Shown piece after piece: positions 25,609-40,148 of a stretch of 64,000 bases of DNA. Numbering within the stretch: position 1 is the stretch's first letter; every line of letters starts with the position of its first letter. The notes beneath the pieces are model-generated. The model saw only the letters and a program-made list of their open reading frames with translations, did not search any database and was not told the DNA's origin. This stretch comes from Mobula hypostoma. Its lineage: Eukaryota. The DNA lies in NCBI RefSeq assembly GCF_963921235.1, contig NC_086108.1, positions 72,356,001-72,420,000 of the forward strand. Reading direction: 5' to 3'. A program made the translations under genes and the position numbers.

Positions 25609-28600
25609 CAGGGGATTCTATAGTCAGGTGCACAGACTGATGTTCCTGTGGCTGGGAGCCAGAGTCTAGTTTCCTCCCCGATGCCAGGATCAAGGATATC
25701 TCTGATATCGCACAGGACCTTCTGGAATGTGAAGGTAAGCAGCCAGAGGTTGCTTTAGTACATTGGTACTAAAAACATATGCAGGCACAGAGATGAAGGC
25801 CTGTAAAGAGAATTTAGAGGGTTAGGTATAAAGTTAAAAAAGGTCCTCTGGGGTTATAAATCTGGCGAGGCAAGAAATAGTATGGTTAAGTGTGCCTTAG
25901 GAGCTGATGCAGGATATGAGGGCGGGGGTGCTTCAGGTGCACAGAGTTCCGGGCTTCCTACCAGCCACGTAGCACCGGTTCAAGAAGAAGGAATGCACCT
26001 AAGCTGGAGGTGCACAGGCATCCTTGCAGAGAGGTTTGCAAGTGCTACTCAGGTGGGTTCAAACCAGTGTGATGGTTGGGTGGGAACCAGAGTAGTGGGT
26101 CAACGAGTGAGCAGCTGAGGGAAAGGTAGATATTGGGTCAAGGCTGAAAGGCAGAAAGTGCAGGGCCATGTTAAGGAACACTATGGGGCTGATGAGCTGA
26201 AGTGTATTTTTTCAATACAAGGTGCATTACAGGTAGGGCAGAGTATTTAGAATCTGGATTAGTACTTTACAAAAGCTTGGTTGGGATGACAGCAGGACTG
26301 ACAGCTCAGTGTTCCAAACGCAACAGAGAGGGTGCATAGAAGAGATAGGGAGTTGCACTACTGAACAGGGAAAATGTCAGAGCGTGACACTCAGAGAAGT
26401 ACATCTTGGAGGGCTTATCCTATGTAGAAACATGGGTAGAGCTCAGGGATAAAAAAAGTTTCAATCATGATGACGAGGTTAATCTACAGACCTCCTGAGA
26501 CCCTGTAGAAAATAAAGGAACTGCTATTTTGGCAGATTATAGAAACTTAAAACAACAAGGTATTACAGTGAATCACTTTAATTTCTCTAGTATTGAAGGT
26601 TTGATGCAGTATGTTGATAGTCTTAATTTAGTCACAACTCTGAAGTTTGCCAGACAATTATGGACAAGGATAAGAATGAATCTCAGGGCCAAGTGTTGTA
26701 TTGGAGAAGGACGTCTAAATCTGGCATGTGAGAGTTGTTTAAAGATCAACTGGTTAGAATTCAAGACCAACAAGTACATGTGAAGAAGAAAGACAAGGAT
26801 GGCAAGATTCTGGAACCTTAAATGTTGAGAGATATTGTAAACTTAGACAGAAAGTAAACAAAGCATATGTAAGATTTAGGAAGATGAGATCAGGCAGGGC
26901 CTTTATGAAATCTAAAGGAAATAGGAAAGCACTTAAACAGGCCATCAAAAGTGCTAAAAGAGGGCATGAAGAATCTTTGGTCAGTAGAATTAAAGAGCAC
27001 CCCAAGGCACATATACACATACAATGATGGTAGCTATGGGAGAGTAGGACCACTCAAGGACAAAAGCGAGTATCTTTGAAGCTTGAGGATGTGGGTGAGG
27101 TACTAAATCAGTATTTTGCCCATCTTCATCAAAGTACCTCAGTCCGCATAGATCGCCCCAATCAAATCCCTCAAAAACAGTGAGAAAAGAATAACCAGAC
27201 TCCAGAAGCGCATGGAATATCAATCACAAAGTCCCCCAAAACGAGCCTACAAACAGAAATCTCGCAATCAATCCTTGCAACTTTCCTCTGACAGCAACTA
27301 GTGAGAGGAAAAGGAATACCAGTCAAATGCAGGCAGGCAGTACCAAACACCGGCCTGTCTTCCACTCTTTTTAATGGGTTATTTTGTGTTTCTTTCTGGA
27401 GATTCATGACTAGCTATGTTCATCATGGATCAGTGCTGGGACATCTATTGTGGTATACATTCAGTGGCCACTTTATAGCTGCAGTACATCTGCTCGTTAT
27501 TGCAATTATCTAATTGGCCAATCATGAGGCAGCATAAGAGCATGCAGACATGGTCAAAAGGTTCAGTTGTTATTCAGACCAGACATCAGAATGGGAAGAA
27601 ATGTGACCTAGGTGACTTTGATCATGAAATAATTATTGGTGCCAGATGGTGTGGTTTGAGTATCTCAAACTGCTGATCTCCTGGGATTTTCACACACAAC
27701 AGTCTCTAAAGTTTACAGAGAATGGTGTGAAAAACAAAAAACAAAATCCAGTGAGTGACAGTTCTAGGGGCAAAAATGCCTTGATTATGAGAGAAGTCAG
27801 GGGAGAATGGCCAGACTGGTGCAAGCTGACAGGAAGACAACAGTAACACAAATAACCACAGTGGTGTGCAGAACAGCATCTTTGAATGCACATCACGTCG
27901 AACTTTAAAGTGGATGGGCTACAGCAGCAGAAGAATACACCGGGTTCCACTCCTGTACCTAACAAATTGGCCACTGAGTGAATGTAAATGAAATGGACAA
28001 AAATGTAGGTTGCCTGATTAGTAAGTTTGCAGAGGCCACAACAACTGGTAGAGTTGTAGATAATGAGGAAGGTTGTCAAAGATTTCAGCAGGATATAGAC
28101 TATCTGGTAATTGAGCGAAGGAATGGCAGATGAAGCTTAATCTGTACACCTGTGAGGTATTGCAGTTTGTAATTGTAATTGGCTTATTAATGTCATAATA
28201 ATAAGGATACCACTTTCCCAATTAGATCAAGCTATTTTATTTGCTTTCTTTAGTTGGAATACTGAGTAGTTAGTCCACATTTGGAGTCTTGACTGCAATT
28301 CTGGTTACTGTTTTGCAGGAAAACTCTGGAGGCTTTGGAAGTGATTCACTTGGATGTTGCCTGGATAGGAGAACATTAGCTATAAGGGGAGGTTGGTAAA
28401 ACTTGGATTATTTTCTCTGGAGTGCCAGAGGCTGCGAAGGTGACCTGATAGAAGTATATAAAATTATGAGGGGCATAGGTAGGATAGATAAAGATTATTT
28501 CCCAGGCTGGAAAGATCAAATATTAGAGGGCATAGCTTTAAGGAGAGATGGACAAAGATTAAAGGAGATTTGAGGCAATTTCTCTTTTTTTTTACACGGA

Positions 28601-28790
28601 GTAGTAGGTTCTTGGAACGTGATGCTAGGGTTTAAATGGTGGAACTGGCTATGAGATCAATATTTAAGAGGTGCTTAAAAAGGCACATGAATAGGCAGGG
28701 AATGGAGATGTATGATCCACTTGCAGACAGTGTGGATAAATTAAAGTTGGCGTGATCGGCACTAACATTGTGGACTGAAGGGCCTTTTTT
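25609..28790 (+). mobile_element. Old, heavily degraded CR1 (esterase ORF1 remnant to 3' UTR)
   Basis: GDSIVR and HIGT remnants, YRPP, GSVLG, KFA...VDNEEG and RGDLIEVYKIMRG-like segments; many stops. Confidence 0.7.
27458..27980 (+). mobile_element. Internally deleted Tc1/mariner DNA transposon
   Basis: TIRs CATTCAGTGGCCACTTTAT / ACAAATTGGCCACTGAGTG with TA on the left; remnant of the transposase HTH start (CDLGDFD...IIGAR...LSIS); inserted in CR1. Confidence 0.75.
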
Positions 28791-29869
28791 TCTAAGACCT
28801 CCTTTAAAATGTATCTTTTCATTTAAATATTTAACACCTCCACACTAGCTCCTTTTTCTTGAAGATTTTATATAATGGGCAGACACTCAAATTGGCAAGA
28901 CTAGTGTTTCTTAAACAGTGTCAGAGCCATTAAAGTTCACTGTATTTACAACTGACAGAAGCACTGCATCAATCTTTGCATGGACAAGGTAATGGTCAAT
29001 GTTGTAAGCACTGTGAATCAAAGCATTAAAACACAAGGAGCTATCAATCAGTCGTGAAAAGACAAGAATGAAGCAAATGGATTTTTGCTTGGAACTTAGC
29101 AGATATAAATGATAAAAAGATGGAAACAAAAGTAAGACAGAGGTTTTGGAGTCCAGGTACTTTAATCATTAAAATATAATGTAAAGGCACAGAATATAAT
29201 TAAAAAGGCTAACAGAGTGCAAGGCTCTATTAGCAGAACTCTGGAATTCACAAAGGTAGAAGTTACACTGAATCAGCTGGTTATATCACACCTCAAGTAT
29301 CATGAGCACCAACTACTTGGAAGATGTCATAGATGTTACAAAATGATATCTGGAGTCTGAGCTAAACTGTAAGAACAGTTACTGAAACTAGATACTCCCT
29401 GAAAATTAGAAGTTTCGTGTTTTCAATGTAAATTCAGATGGTAGATGGAAACAAAACTATTTTTGCTACTAATAGAGTCCAGGGCCTAGGACATGAGCCA
29501 AATTTGGATCCTGACTTCTCAAGAGTGAATAAATTTAGGAAGGTACTTCTTTATGTAAAGGATGCTGGAATTTTCTACGAAGAGATATTAAGTTGACTGG
29601 TAATTTTAAATTGGATACTGCTAGAGTTTTGTTAGCCACAGTTTTTAAGAGCAGTTGGACAGATGAAAGGGATATTGAGTTGTCTTGCAGCTTAGCCACT
29701 TACAGGAGGCAAGCTGCATCATGTGTACATTCATTTATACCCGCAGTGATGACAAAGAAAATGTGGCCGATGTATACAGGGGCACCTGTGTCTCGGATTG
29801 TAAAGCAGAATGTTATAAAAGGAAAGAAGAGAACATAATTGCCTGAAAACAAATATCATGCAAATCAAA

Positions 29870-31235
29870 AACGAGAGAAAATCTGCAAATGCTGGAAATC
29901 CAAGCAACATACACAAAATGCAGGAGGAACTCAGCAGGCCAGGCAGCATCTCTGGAAAACAGTACAGTCAATGTTTCGGGCCGAGACCCTTCATCAGGAC
30001 TGGAGAAAAAAAGATGAGGAGTCAGAGTAAGAAAGTGGAGACAGCTTAACTACTGACGTCTATTATAAACCCATTGACTCTCACAGCTACCTGGACTATA
30101 CCTCTTCCCACCCTGTTACTTGTAAAAATTTCATCTGCTTCTCTCAATTCCTCCATCTCTGCTGCATCAGCTTCAAAGACAGGGTGACAGGGGCTTCTCT
30201 TCCTCCATCATCAACAATGCGCTCACCCGCATCTTTTCCATTTCACACGCACTTACACTCACCCCGTCCTCCTGCCGCTGTACCAGGGATAGGGTTCCTC
30301 TTGTTCTCACTGACCAGCCTCCATGTCCAGCACACAATTTTCTGTAGCTTCCTCCATCTCCAATGGGATCCCACCACCAAGCACATCTTTCCCTGCCCCC
30401 CCCCACTTCCTGTCTATTCGTCCCTCCCCACTGATCTCCCTCCTGGCACTTATCCTTGCAAGTGGAACAAGTGCTAAACCTGCCCCTACACCTCCTTCCT
30501 CACTACTATCCAGGGCCCCAAGCAGTCTTTGCAGGTGAAGCAACACTTCACCTGTGAGTCTGTCGGGGTCATCTACTGTATCTGGTGCTCCCGATGTGGC
30601 ATCCTGTATATCGGTGAGACCCAACGTAGTTTGGGAGACCGCTTTGCCGAGCACCTACGCTGCATCTGCCAGAAAAAACAGGAACTCCCGGTGGCCATCC
30701 ATTTTAATTCCATTTCTCATTCCCATTCTAATATGTCAGTACATGGCCTCCTCTACTGTCGCGATGAGGCGACATTCAGGTTGGAGGAGCAACATCTTAT
30801 GTTCTGTTTGGGTAGCCCCAACTTGATGGCATGAACACCGATTTCTCAAACTTCTGGTAATTGCCCCAACCCCCTTCACCATCTCCTATTCCCATTTCCC
30901 TCTCTCACTCTTATCACCTTACATGCCCAGCACCTCTCTCTGGTGCTCCTCCCTCTTTTCTTTCTTCCATGGCCTTCTATCCTCTCCTATCTGATTTCCA
31001 CTCCTCCAGCCCTGTATCTCTTTCATCAATCAAATTCCCAGATCTTTACCTCATCCCTCCCAATCCAGGTTCACCTATCACCCTGTGTTTTTTCCTCCCC
31101 CCCCCCACCTTCTTACACTGCCTCCTCCCATCTTAGTTTCTCCAATCCTAATAAAGCAGCTTGAAATGTTGACTACTCTTTTTCATAGATGCTGCCTAGC
31201 CTGCTGAGTTCCTCCAGCATTTTGTGTGTGTTGCT
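29870..31235 (+). mobile_element. Penelope-like element (probably Neptune clade), 5'-truncated, with inverted terminal repeat at its 5' end
   Basis: RT thumb remnant TDVYYKP.DSHSYLDYTSSHP; Cys linker GTYPCKWNKC*TCP; GIY-YIG endonuclease VIYCIWCSRCGILYIGET...RFAEH. Terminal repeat inverted at ~29870-30040 and direct at ~31135-31235. Confidence 0.88.
29965..30002 (-). ncRNA. Minimal hammerhead ribozyme motif in the inverted PLE terminal repeat
   Basis: caguc-CUGAUGA-a-gggucucggccc-GAAAC-AUU-gacug; perfect stem I, stem II with one U-G pair; stem III ACGU changed to ACAU, consistent with CpG decay. Confidence 0.7.
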
Positions 31236-31649
31236 AACATTGCAAATGTTAGAACCTGAAATAACTATAATTCCTTTTAGTGTTAAAAACAGAAATACTG
31301 AAAGAATTCAATCAGCCAAAAGCATCTGTGGAAAGAGAAACCAGGCAACAATTCTGTCAGCAATATTTCCTCAGAACTGGGGGAATAATAGAGTATAAAA
31401 AACAAAGTGCTGGGAGAACTTAGTAGTCCAAACAGCAGCTGTACTGGTAAAGGGATCAAGGGAGGGTAAGAGGCCTGGTAGGGGTGGCTGTGAGTTATTT
31501 CAGGGGAACTAGAAATACTGGGGACAGATAGGAGTGTCATCAGGTGAGGGTTCATGGCCAAAGCAATAGAAGAAGAACTTGGCATAATCTGGGGCCAGAG
31601 TTCATTGAGGTGCAGACATAAGAGTACTGTTCTCATGTATCTAAGGTCT

Positions 31650-32790
31650 CAAAAGTTCAAAGTAAATTTAATATCAGTATACATACCACATGTCATCATA
31701 TACTACCTTGAGATATATTTTTTTGCAGGCTTTCATATTAGAACAAAGAAATACAATAAAGTCAGTGAGAAGCTACTCATCCAATGTGCAAAAGAAGATG
31801 AACTGTGCAAATAAAAAGTCTAAAGTTCAAACTAAATTTATTATCGAAGTATATACAAGTCACCACGTATAACACTTGGATTCATTTTCTTGTGAGCATA
31901 CTCAATAAATATATAGAACAATAATCATCAATGAAAGACTGCCCAGCCTTGGTATTCAACCAGAGTGCAGAAAACAACAAGCTGCGCAAATACAAAAAGA
32001 AATAAATAATAATAATAAATAAATCAGCAATAAATATCAAGAACATGAGATGAAGGGTCCTTGAAAGTGAGTTCATTGATTGTGGGAACATTTCTATAAT
32101 AGGGCAAATGAAGTTCAGTTAAGTTATTCCCTTTGGTTCAAGAGCTTGATGGCTGAGAGGTAATAACTGTTCCTGAACCTGTGATTCCCGAGGTTCTTGT
32201 ACCGACTTCCTGATGGCATCAGTGAGAAGAGAGCATGCCCTGGGTGGTGGGGATCCCCAATGATGGACGCTGCTTTCCTACAACAGCATTCTATGTAGCT
32301 GTGCTCAATAGTGTGGAGGGCTTTACCTGTGGTGAACTGGACCATATATACTACTTTTTCGTAAGGTTTTCTGTTCAAGTGCTTTGGTGTTTCCATATCA
32401 GGCTGTGATATAGCCAGTCAACAAACCTTCCATTACACATCTGTAGAAGTTTTTCAAAGTTTTACATGTCATGCTGAATCTCCACAAACTCCTAAGGAAG
32501 TAGAGGTAGTGCCGTGCTTTCTTTGTAATTGCTGGGCTCAGAACAAGTCTTCCAAAATAATGACACTGAAGAATGTAAAGTTGCTGACCCTCTCCACCTC
32601 TGATCCTCCATTGAGGACTGGCTCATGGACCTCTGGTCAATAATCAGCTCCTTTGACCTGCTGATGTTGAGTAAGAGGTTGTTTTTATGGCATCACTCCG
32701 TCAGATTTTCAATCTCTCTCCTATATACTGATTCATCCCCATCTTTGATTTGGCCTACAACAGTGGTGTCATCAGCAAACATGAATAGGG
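31650..32790 (-). mobile_element. Rex1/Babar-type LINE 3' fragments (two stacked AAAGTTCAA tails)
   Basis: HPGHALFSLMPSG remnant at 32124..32396; FADDTTVVG-like reverse complement near 32755-32780. Confidence 0.75.
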
Positions 32791-34069
32791 CATTCGAATA
32801 ATGATAATTCTTATTCTTGTAAATAACACGGACAGTATGAATTGCAGAGAACTTGAAAGTTAGAAACATAGGTTATGGAAATAGTACAGAGTTGAGGAGA
32901 ATGAAGTTATATGCGTTGGTTCAGGAACCTGATTGTTAAAGGGCAACTATTGTTCCTGAACCTGCTGGTCTGGGATCTAAGGCTCCTGTACCTCCTTCTG
33001 AAAGTAGTAGTAAGAAGAGAACATGGCCTGGATGGTGGGGGTTCTCTGCTGGGAGTGGATCACTTAGAGTCTGAGTTGGCGAGGTCAGAGGGAATGTGAA
33101 AATGTTGGGATTGGAATTCAGGGAAGATATGGGATCTGAGGAAAGCGAAGTGGAAGAAAGCTCAGGAGTGGTACTGGAAGTCAAAAGATGGGGAGGTTTA
33201 CATCAGTTATTACCACAATGGAGGCAGCAAAAATGAAGTATAACTGTGGGCTTTGGGATTAAGGAAGTTGATATGGTTGGAGAGCAAAGTTAATACATAC
33301 ATATGTAGATCTCAGGATGTAGTTATAACTCTGCCTTAAGAAATAATGTACAGTTTGAACAAGTAATTGCCTGGCCTACTCCAACTTTACCTGGTTGCTA
33401 ATTATGTTTCCTTTTTTGTACTACTGTATTTGTCCACATTCTGTCAATGTTTTGTCAATTATCTGAGGAAACTGTAGTCCTAACAATATTTGATGAGAGT
33501 GATGACGGTGTTTCTTGCTTTATCTTTAATAACAATGATCCTCAGCTTGCCTTGAGTACAATATACAGTCCCTCTTCCACAACATCTCACTGCTACCCTC
33601 CGCGCTAAGTCCTTGCACACTAGAAAATCAGAACAGATGCACTGCCAGCAATGAGATGGAAGTTCTGATAATAATTGATTTTGGCAACATACTAAACCAC
33701 ATATACCTCAAAGGACTTAATAAAATACAAAAATAAAGTCCTGTATACTTGATGCTCATAGATTTATTGGGATCTCAAAAGCATGACATTTTTATGCTTG
33801 TGACATGAGGTAGCACTCCCATCTTTGAGTATGAAGTTGTTACTTTCCTGTTGAACGGCAAGAGATCTAGGCACAGAATCCAAGTTATTATACACTCATA
33901 AATGACTACTGCACAGACACAGGCCCTTCAGTCCATCTAGTCCATTCTGGCCTGGTTTTCTGCCTAGTCCCATAGCCCTCCATACCTTTCTCATGAATGT
34001 ACCTGTCCAAACTTCTATCATTCTATACATTAATAGGACACTTTTCCATTATTCAGACTATTATCTAGG

Positions 34070-35205
34070 TGGAGTTTAAAGGTATTGAAAGGATGGGCAG
34101 GAAAGCAGAGGGGACGGCATTGCTTTGTTGGTAAATTGAAATCAAATCATTAGAAAGGGGTGACATAGGGTCAGAAGGTATTGAATCAGTTTGGATAGAG
34201 CTAAGGAACTGCAAGGATAAAAAGCCCTGATGGGAGTTGTATACAGACCTCCAAACAGCAGAAAGGATGTGGCCTACAAATTACAATGGGAGACATAAAA
34301 TGCATGCCAAAAGGGCAATGTTACAATAGTCATGAGGGACTTCAATATGCAGGTAGATTAGGAAAATCATGTTGGTGCTGAATTACAGGAGTGGGAATTT
34401 CTAGAGTGCCAATGAGATGGCTTTTTAGAGCAGCTCATGGTTAAGCCCACAAGAGGATCAGCTATTCTGGATTGGGTGTTGTGCAATGAACCAGAATTGA
34501 TAAGAGAGCTTTAGGTAAAAGAACCCTAAGGGGAAAGTGATCATAATACGTTCAAATTCAGACTGAAATCTGAGAAGTAGAAGCTAAAGTCAGATGAACC
34601 AGTATTACAGTGGAGTAAAGGGAATTACAGAGGCGTGAGAGAGGAATTGGCCAGAATTGATTGGAAAGGAACACTGGCAGGGATGATGGCAGAGCAGCAA
34701 TGGCTGAAATTTCTGGAAAAAGAATTGGAAAGCACAGGATATATATATTTCAAAGAGGAAGAAGTATTTTAAAGGAAAAATAGCTCAACTGTAGCCAACA
34801 AGAGAAGTCAAGGCCAACATGAAAGCCAAAGAGAGGGCATATAACTGAACAAAAATTAGTGGAAAGTTAGAGGATTCAGAAGCTTTTAAAAACAGACAGA
34901 AGGAAACTAAAGAAGTCATTAAGAAGGAAAGATGGAATACGAAAGTAAACCAGCTAGTAATATCAAAGAGGACACCAACAGTTTCTTCAGGTTCATGAAA
35001 TGTAAAAGATAGGCAAAAGTGGATAATGGACCACTGGAAACCGACACTGGAGAGGTAGCAATGGCGGGGGGGCGGGGGGACACAACAAAATGGTGGACAA
35101 ATTGAATAAGTATTCTGCGTCAATCTTCACTGTGGAAGACACCAGCAGTATGGTGGAAGATCAAGGTGCCAGGGGAATGAAGTGTGTGAAGTTACCATAA
35201 CTAGG
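34070..35205 (+). mobile_element. CR1 ORF2 endonuclease fragment
   Basis: DNA clearly homologous to 17900-18950 (WIELRN, YRPPNS, DFN, SDHN-like segments), with stops. Confidence 0.82.
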
Positions 35206-35807
35206 GTTGGAAGAATTTACAAAGATAGTGAAGATAGGAAATTAAAATATTTGAAAATATTGTGTGAGCATTATGCACTTCAGCAAGGTAACAAGTGAAG
35301 ACTGAATGATCTATGACACAGCAGAATTTTAGAGTAATATAACTTTTCAGAATTGAACTAATCATTAGATCTATAATGACATCAACTTAATATCATCCTT
35401 ATAGGATGTCCCTCAACTTTACTATGAATGGTATCCAAATGCCCCTCAAATCCATTTCAAAATACTTTTCGTATTATTTGGGTAAAGATATGTCTCACTT
35501 CAATCTTGAACCAAATGTTCTAGTTTTTAAATTTGTCTGAAAATACTTTTATTATTATCATCTGGAGGAGCCTAGATCATTTGTACACAGGATGTTTACA
35601 TATAGATCAATAAGATATTCAGTGGTAAAAATAAAACTTCAAGAGTGTGTTGTTCTGCATTGTAGCTGGGGCTGCTGTGATGTGACCCATAACAATAACA
35701 ACATTATTTATACAACCCTGAAATATTAAAATGTGTTTAACAGATGCACAATCAAAAATTGTATGTCAAAACAAATAAGGAGAGGGAGGAGTGACCATAA
35801 GTTTGGT

Positions 35808-36375
35808 CAACCACAAACCAGAGAAAATCTGCAGATGGTGGAAATCAAAGTAATAATCACGACATGCTGGAGGAACTCAGAAGACCACGCAGGGTCTATG
35901 GAAAAGAGTAAACAGTCGATGTTTCAGGCTGAGTCCCTTCATCGGGACTGGAAAAAATAGATTAGAAGTCAGAGTAAGAAGGTGGGGGGAGGAGAGGAAG
36001 AAGGACAAGGTAGAAGGTGATAGGTGAAACCAGGAAAGGAGGAGGGTTGAAATAAAGAGCTGGGAAGTCAATTGGTGAGTGAGATAAAGGACTGGAGAAG
36101 GAGGAACCTTACAGGAGAGGACAGAAGTCCATAGAAGAAAGAAAAGGGGAGGAGCGCCAAAGGAAGGTGATAGGCAGATATGGAGATAAGATGAAAGAGG
36201 GAAATGGGAATGGGGGATGGTGAGGGATGGGGGGACATTACTGAAAGTTCAAGAAATCAATGTTCATGCCATCAGGCTGGAAGTTAACCAGATGGAATAT
36301 AATGTGTTGCTCCTCCAACCTGAGTGTGGCCTCATCGTGGCAGTAGAAGAGGCCATGGACTGATATGTTGTAATA
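35808..36375 (-). mobile_element. PLE 3' fragment with terminal repeat
   Basis: Endonuclease C-terminal remnant (HGLFYCHDEATLRLEEQH), purine-rich tail, mutated hammerhead at 35913-35950; 11-bp TSD ATAAGTTTGGT at 35797-35807 and 36376-36386. Confidence 0.8.
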
Positions 36376-37729
36376 ATAAGTTTGGTGAAAATGATTTTCT
36401 TGGAGAGAAGAAGATATACTTCAAAGATTGGTTTCGGGGTAATGCAACATAGTCATTAAGAGAAGCAGTAGGGAGATGTACAGGAGGGTGAAACTAACCG
36501 ACAGGAGGGGAGATGCCTAGATGACTCTTTGCAGATGAAGGGGATTGATGAAGTGTTCTTTTCAGGGTGAAGCCACTGGTCCTGCAACACCAGTTTGACT
36601 CCCTATAGGAGCCATAATGGCAGGACATAAATTAACAAGGTGAAGACACAGAGGTCAAAGTGAGAGGTCAAACTAAGGAAAGGTTAAAGTGCAAAAAATT
36701 AGGATTAAAACACAGGGCCACTGTGGGTAAGCAGGGACTATAGTAATGGAGGTGTCTTTTTGAAGGGTCTTGGCCCAAAATATTGACCTTTTATTCCTCC
36801 CCATAGATGCTGTTTGAACTGCTGAGTTCCACCTGCATTCTGTGTGTGTTAAACAGACTTTTGCATAATGTGATAATGTATTTTATATTTCTGGCTATTC
36901 TCTTAAATGTGTTTTCAGAACAACTAGAACTAGACAACCAATGCTAATCAACACTGTAAGTACTTAGATGAAACAATGCCTACATTATAAACTCAGAGAC
37001 ACGAACCATCAAGGTCATATGCTCAGAGACAGCCTGTCCAAGATGCAAAATTACCACACTTTATCTGAAACTATGAAGGTTCTTTGTTAAAACAAAAATA
37101 ATCAGTTAGTGAACGGAGAGGGAGGAGTGACAAAAAAAACTAGCTTGTCTGGATCATACAATAACTGCCAATAATGCCAAATTAGTCCTTATTGTTAGTA
37201 AATAACAAACCACATTTAGTTACCTTGCTGGAATTTTAGCAAAATATCATATTGTTCCATTAGAAATTCTTCACACACTTTTTATGGTTCTTCAAAACTT
37301 ATTGTTTACTTCAATACTATATTTTCCTCAGATTTTGTCAATTCCTTCTTAATCACGTAAGTTCAAAGTTTAAATTACATTTATTATCGAAGTATGTATA
37401 CATTATACAACCTTGAGATCTCCATGTAGGTAATCACAAAACCAGAAACTCAAAAGAACACATAAAAAAATGACAAATGCCCAATATGCAGAGAGGAGAA
37501 AAAGAAGAATTGTGCAAACAATAAAAGTAAGCAAATAGCATTTATAAAGAAAATGAGTCCTCAGACATGAAGCCCAGTGCAGTTGTAGCAGGTCCACAGT
37601 TCCCACTCTGTAGGGTTACATAGTAGTTTTTCAACACAATTTATCCTAGTCACCTTTGAAACTTCAATTGTATTTCTAAAACTTACATTAAGTTCAGTCA
37701 TTTCATAGCCATTACAACACATCTTACTT

Positions 37730-39560
37730 CAAACTATAGTCATACAACAGCCCTTCATCCTGACCCATCCATGCAGACATAGATGCCTGTTTACATTGAT
37801 CTCATTTTCCTCTATTTGGTCCATATTGTTCTAAACTTTTTCTATCCACATACTGTCCAAATGTTCTTTTTACTTGCCCCTATCACCTCCTCCGGCAGCT
37901 TGTTCCAATTGCCCACCACCATTTGTGTGAAAACTTGGTCCCCAGATCTCCTTTAAATATTTCCCATCTCACCTTAAAATTTCATGTGCTCTAATTTTAG
38001 AACACCCTAGTCATGGAAAAATACTGTGACAGTACAATATCTATGCCCATCATACTTCTATAAGGCCTCCTCTAAGATCTCCATAAGATTTCCCTTCATT
38101 CTCCTGCACTCCAATGAGAAAAATTCCACCCTCTCCTTTTTCTCCTATAGTTCTCCATTCCAGATAACGTCCTTGTGATTCTCTTCTGGACCTTCTCTAG
38201 TGCTACAGCGTCTTTTCTACAGTATGGTGACAAGAACTGCTCACAATATTTTAAGTGTGGCCTAGCCAATATCAAATAGATTTCATCCACTACCACTCTG
38301 CACAAGTTAACAGTTTGTCTATGTCCCTCTCTATCCTGAAGGAATCATCCTCCTATCTACTCCTCCACCTATTTTTGTAATGTCAGCAAACTTACTTACC
38401 AGATCACAAAGGCATTTATGTGACAAAGGTGCCATATTTAGAACAAGTTACAAAGCTTCCAGCACCGATCTGCATAGTACACCACTAGTTACAGACTTCC
38501 AGTCAGAAAAATAACCTCCACCACTACCCTCTGTCTCTTATCACCAAGCTAATTTTGCATTTATTTTGCTATACATCTTGAACCCCATCCCCATCCATGT
38601 GCTCTAATTTTTGGACCACCCTCGCATTCTAGACTGTAATAAAAACCTTGCCAAAGTCCATATATACTATATCTACAACTTTATCTTTATCAAGTTGCCT
38701 TGTAATCTCCTCAATAAACTCAGATTTGCGAAGCACAATTCTTCATGTATAGAATTAGACTGACCTCGCTGCCCATCAGTCCCTATCTTTCCAAATGGAT
38801 ATAAATCCTATTGCTCAGAACTTCTTCCATTAGTTTGCCTTCTGGCCTGTAGTTACCTGGCTTATCTCTACCGTCCTTCTTGAAGTTGGGATTAGCAGTC
38901 TTCCAGTACCTCTGCTGTGGCTACAGATGATGCTTAAACTCCAGCCATCTCCTGCAGAACCCTCCTGGTAACTCCTCATAGACCTCATCAGGCCCTGGGG
39001 ATCTTAATGTGTGTCATTATCTCTAATATGTCCTCTTTCCTGACACACACATATTGCAGACTATCAGTGTGCACTTTGCTTGACTCTCCATCCTCATCAT
39101 CATTCTCCCTGGTGAATACTGAAGCAAAGTCTTCATTCAGGCCGCCACACATTTTCCCATGCTCCACATAAAGACTACTCTCACCTACCTAAAGAGGTGG
39201 TGGCCTACTCTTTCCATGGCGACCTTGCCTCTAAAATAGTTATAAGATGTTCTTAGAAATTGCTTTGGTTCTGTTAGCCAGGGCCATTTCATGTCTTTTT
39301 TTATTGTGCTCCTCACTGCGTTTTTTTTAATATCCCCCCCCCCCGCCCCCATACTTGGCTACAAACCTCAAAAGACTCACTTCATAAGAATTTCATATAT
39401 TTTTCCTTATTTTCCTTGATGAAACCCTCAATATCCTTTGTTAGACAAGGTTTCTTAATCTTGCCAACTTTGCTTCCTACCCCTACTGGGATATCTGACT
39501 CTGAACTCTTACTTTCTTGCTTTTAAGCACGGGTCACTTATCTGATTTTACTTGTCTCTG
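37730..39560 (-). mobile_element. Old degraded CR1 ORF2
   Basis: RPHLKYCEQFLSPYCRKD fragment and other RT remnants. Confidence 0.65.
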
Positions 39561-39920
39561 TATCAGCTACTTTCTCCAGATAAAATATACGCAATGCTGG
39601 AGGCACTCAGCAAATGCTGACTTCCTCCAGCATTTTGTGTGTGTTGCTCGGATGTCCAGCATCCGCCGATTTTCTCTTGTTTGTGATCGGATTACTTTCT
39701 CCAGGTGCTGTCTTATACTACTGAAGTCAGACAAGACGAACTTACGGAAAATGTTTATGTCCATACACAACACTTGCAGGGGTTTTAGCAACCTTATCCT
39801 TTTCCATGACTACCATAAATCATTCTGAATTGTCATTTTTCACCTAGGGTTCCTCCACAGACTCTTCCATTCTCTATTCCCTTTTGTCCTCAACCCCTTC
39901 ACTAAAGGGAAACACCTACC

Positions 39921-40148
39921 TGTAGTATATTTAATATTTTACTAATATTGTAAATATACTGTTTAATTAAGCATTCTTCATTTGTTTATGTAATTCATTA
40001 TGGGTTATATGTAAGAAGCAGGTGAATGGGTATGTCATTACACCACCACATCACATGTGTGCACCTCACTAAAGAAAAACTAGATAGATGAATATCCTGG
40101 CTCCTTTGTTTTTCATTTGATTAATTTCTAGAGTTACAAAGCAAAACG
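39921..40148 (+). mobile_element. Putative solo LTR
   Basis: Starts TGTAGT and ends AAAACG (CA read as CG); flanks CTACC/CCACC resemble a TSD with one change. Confidence 0.4.
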
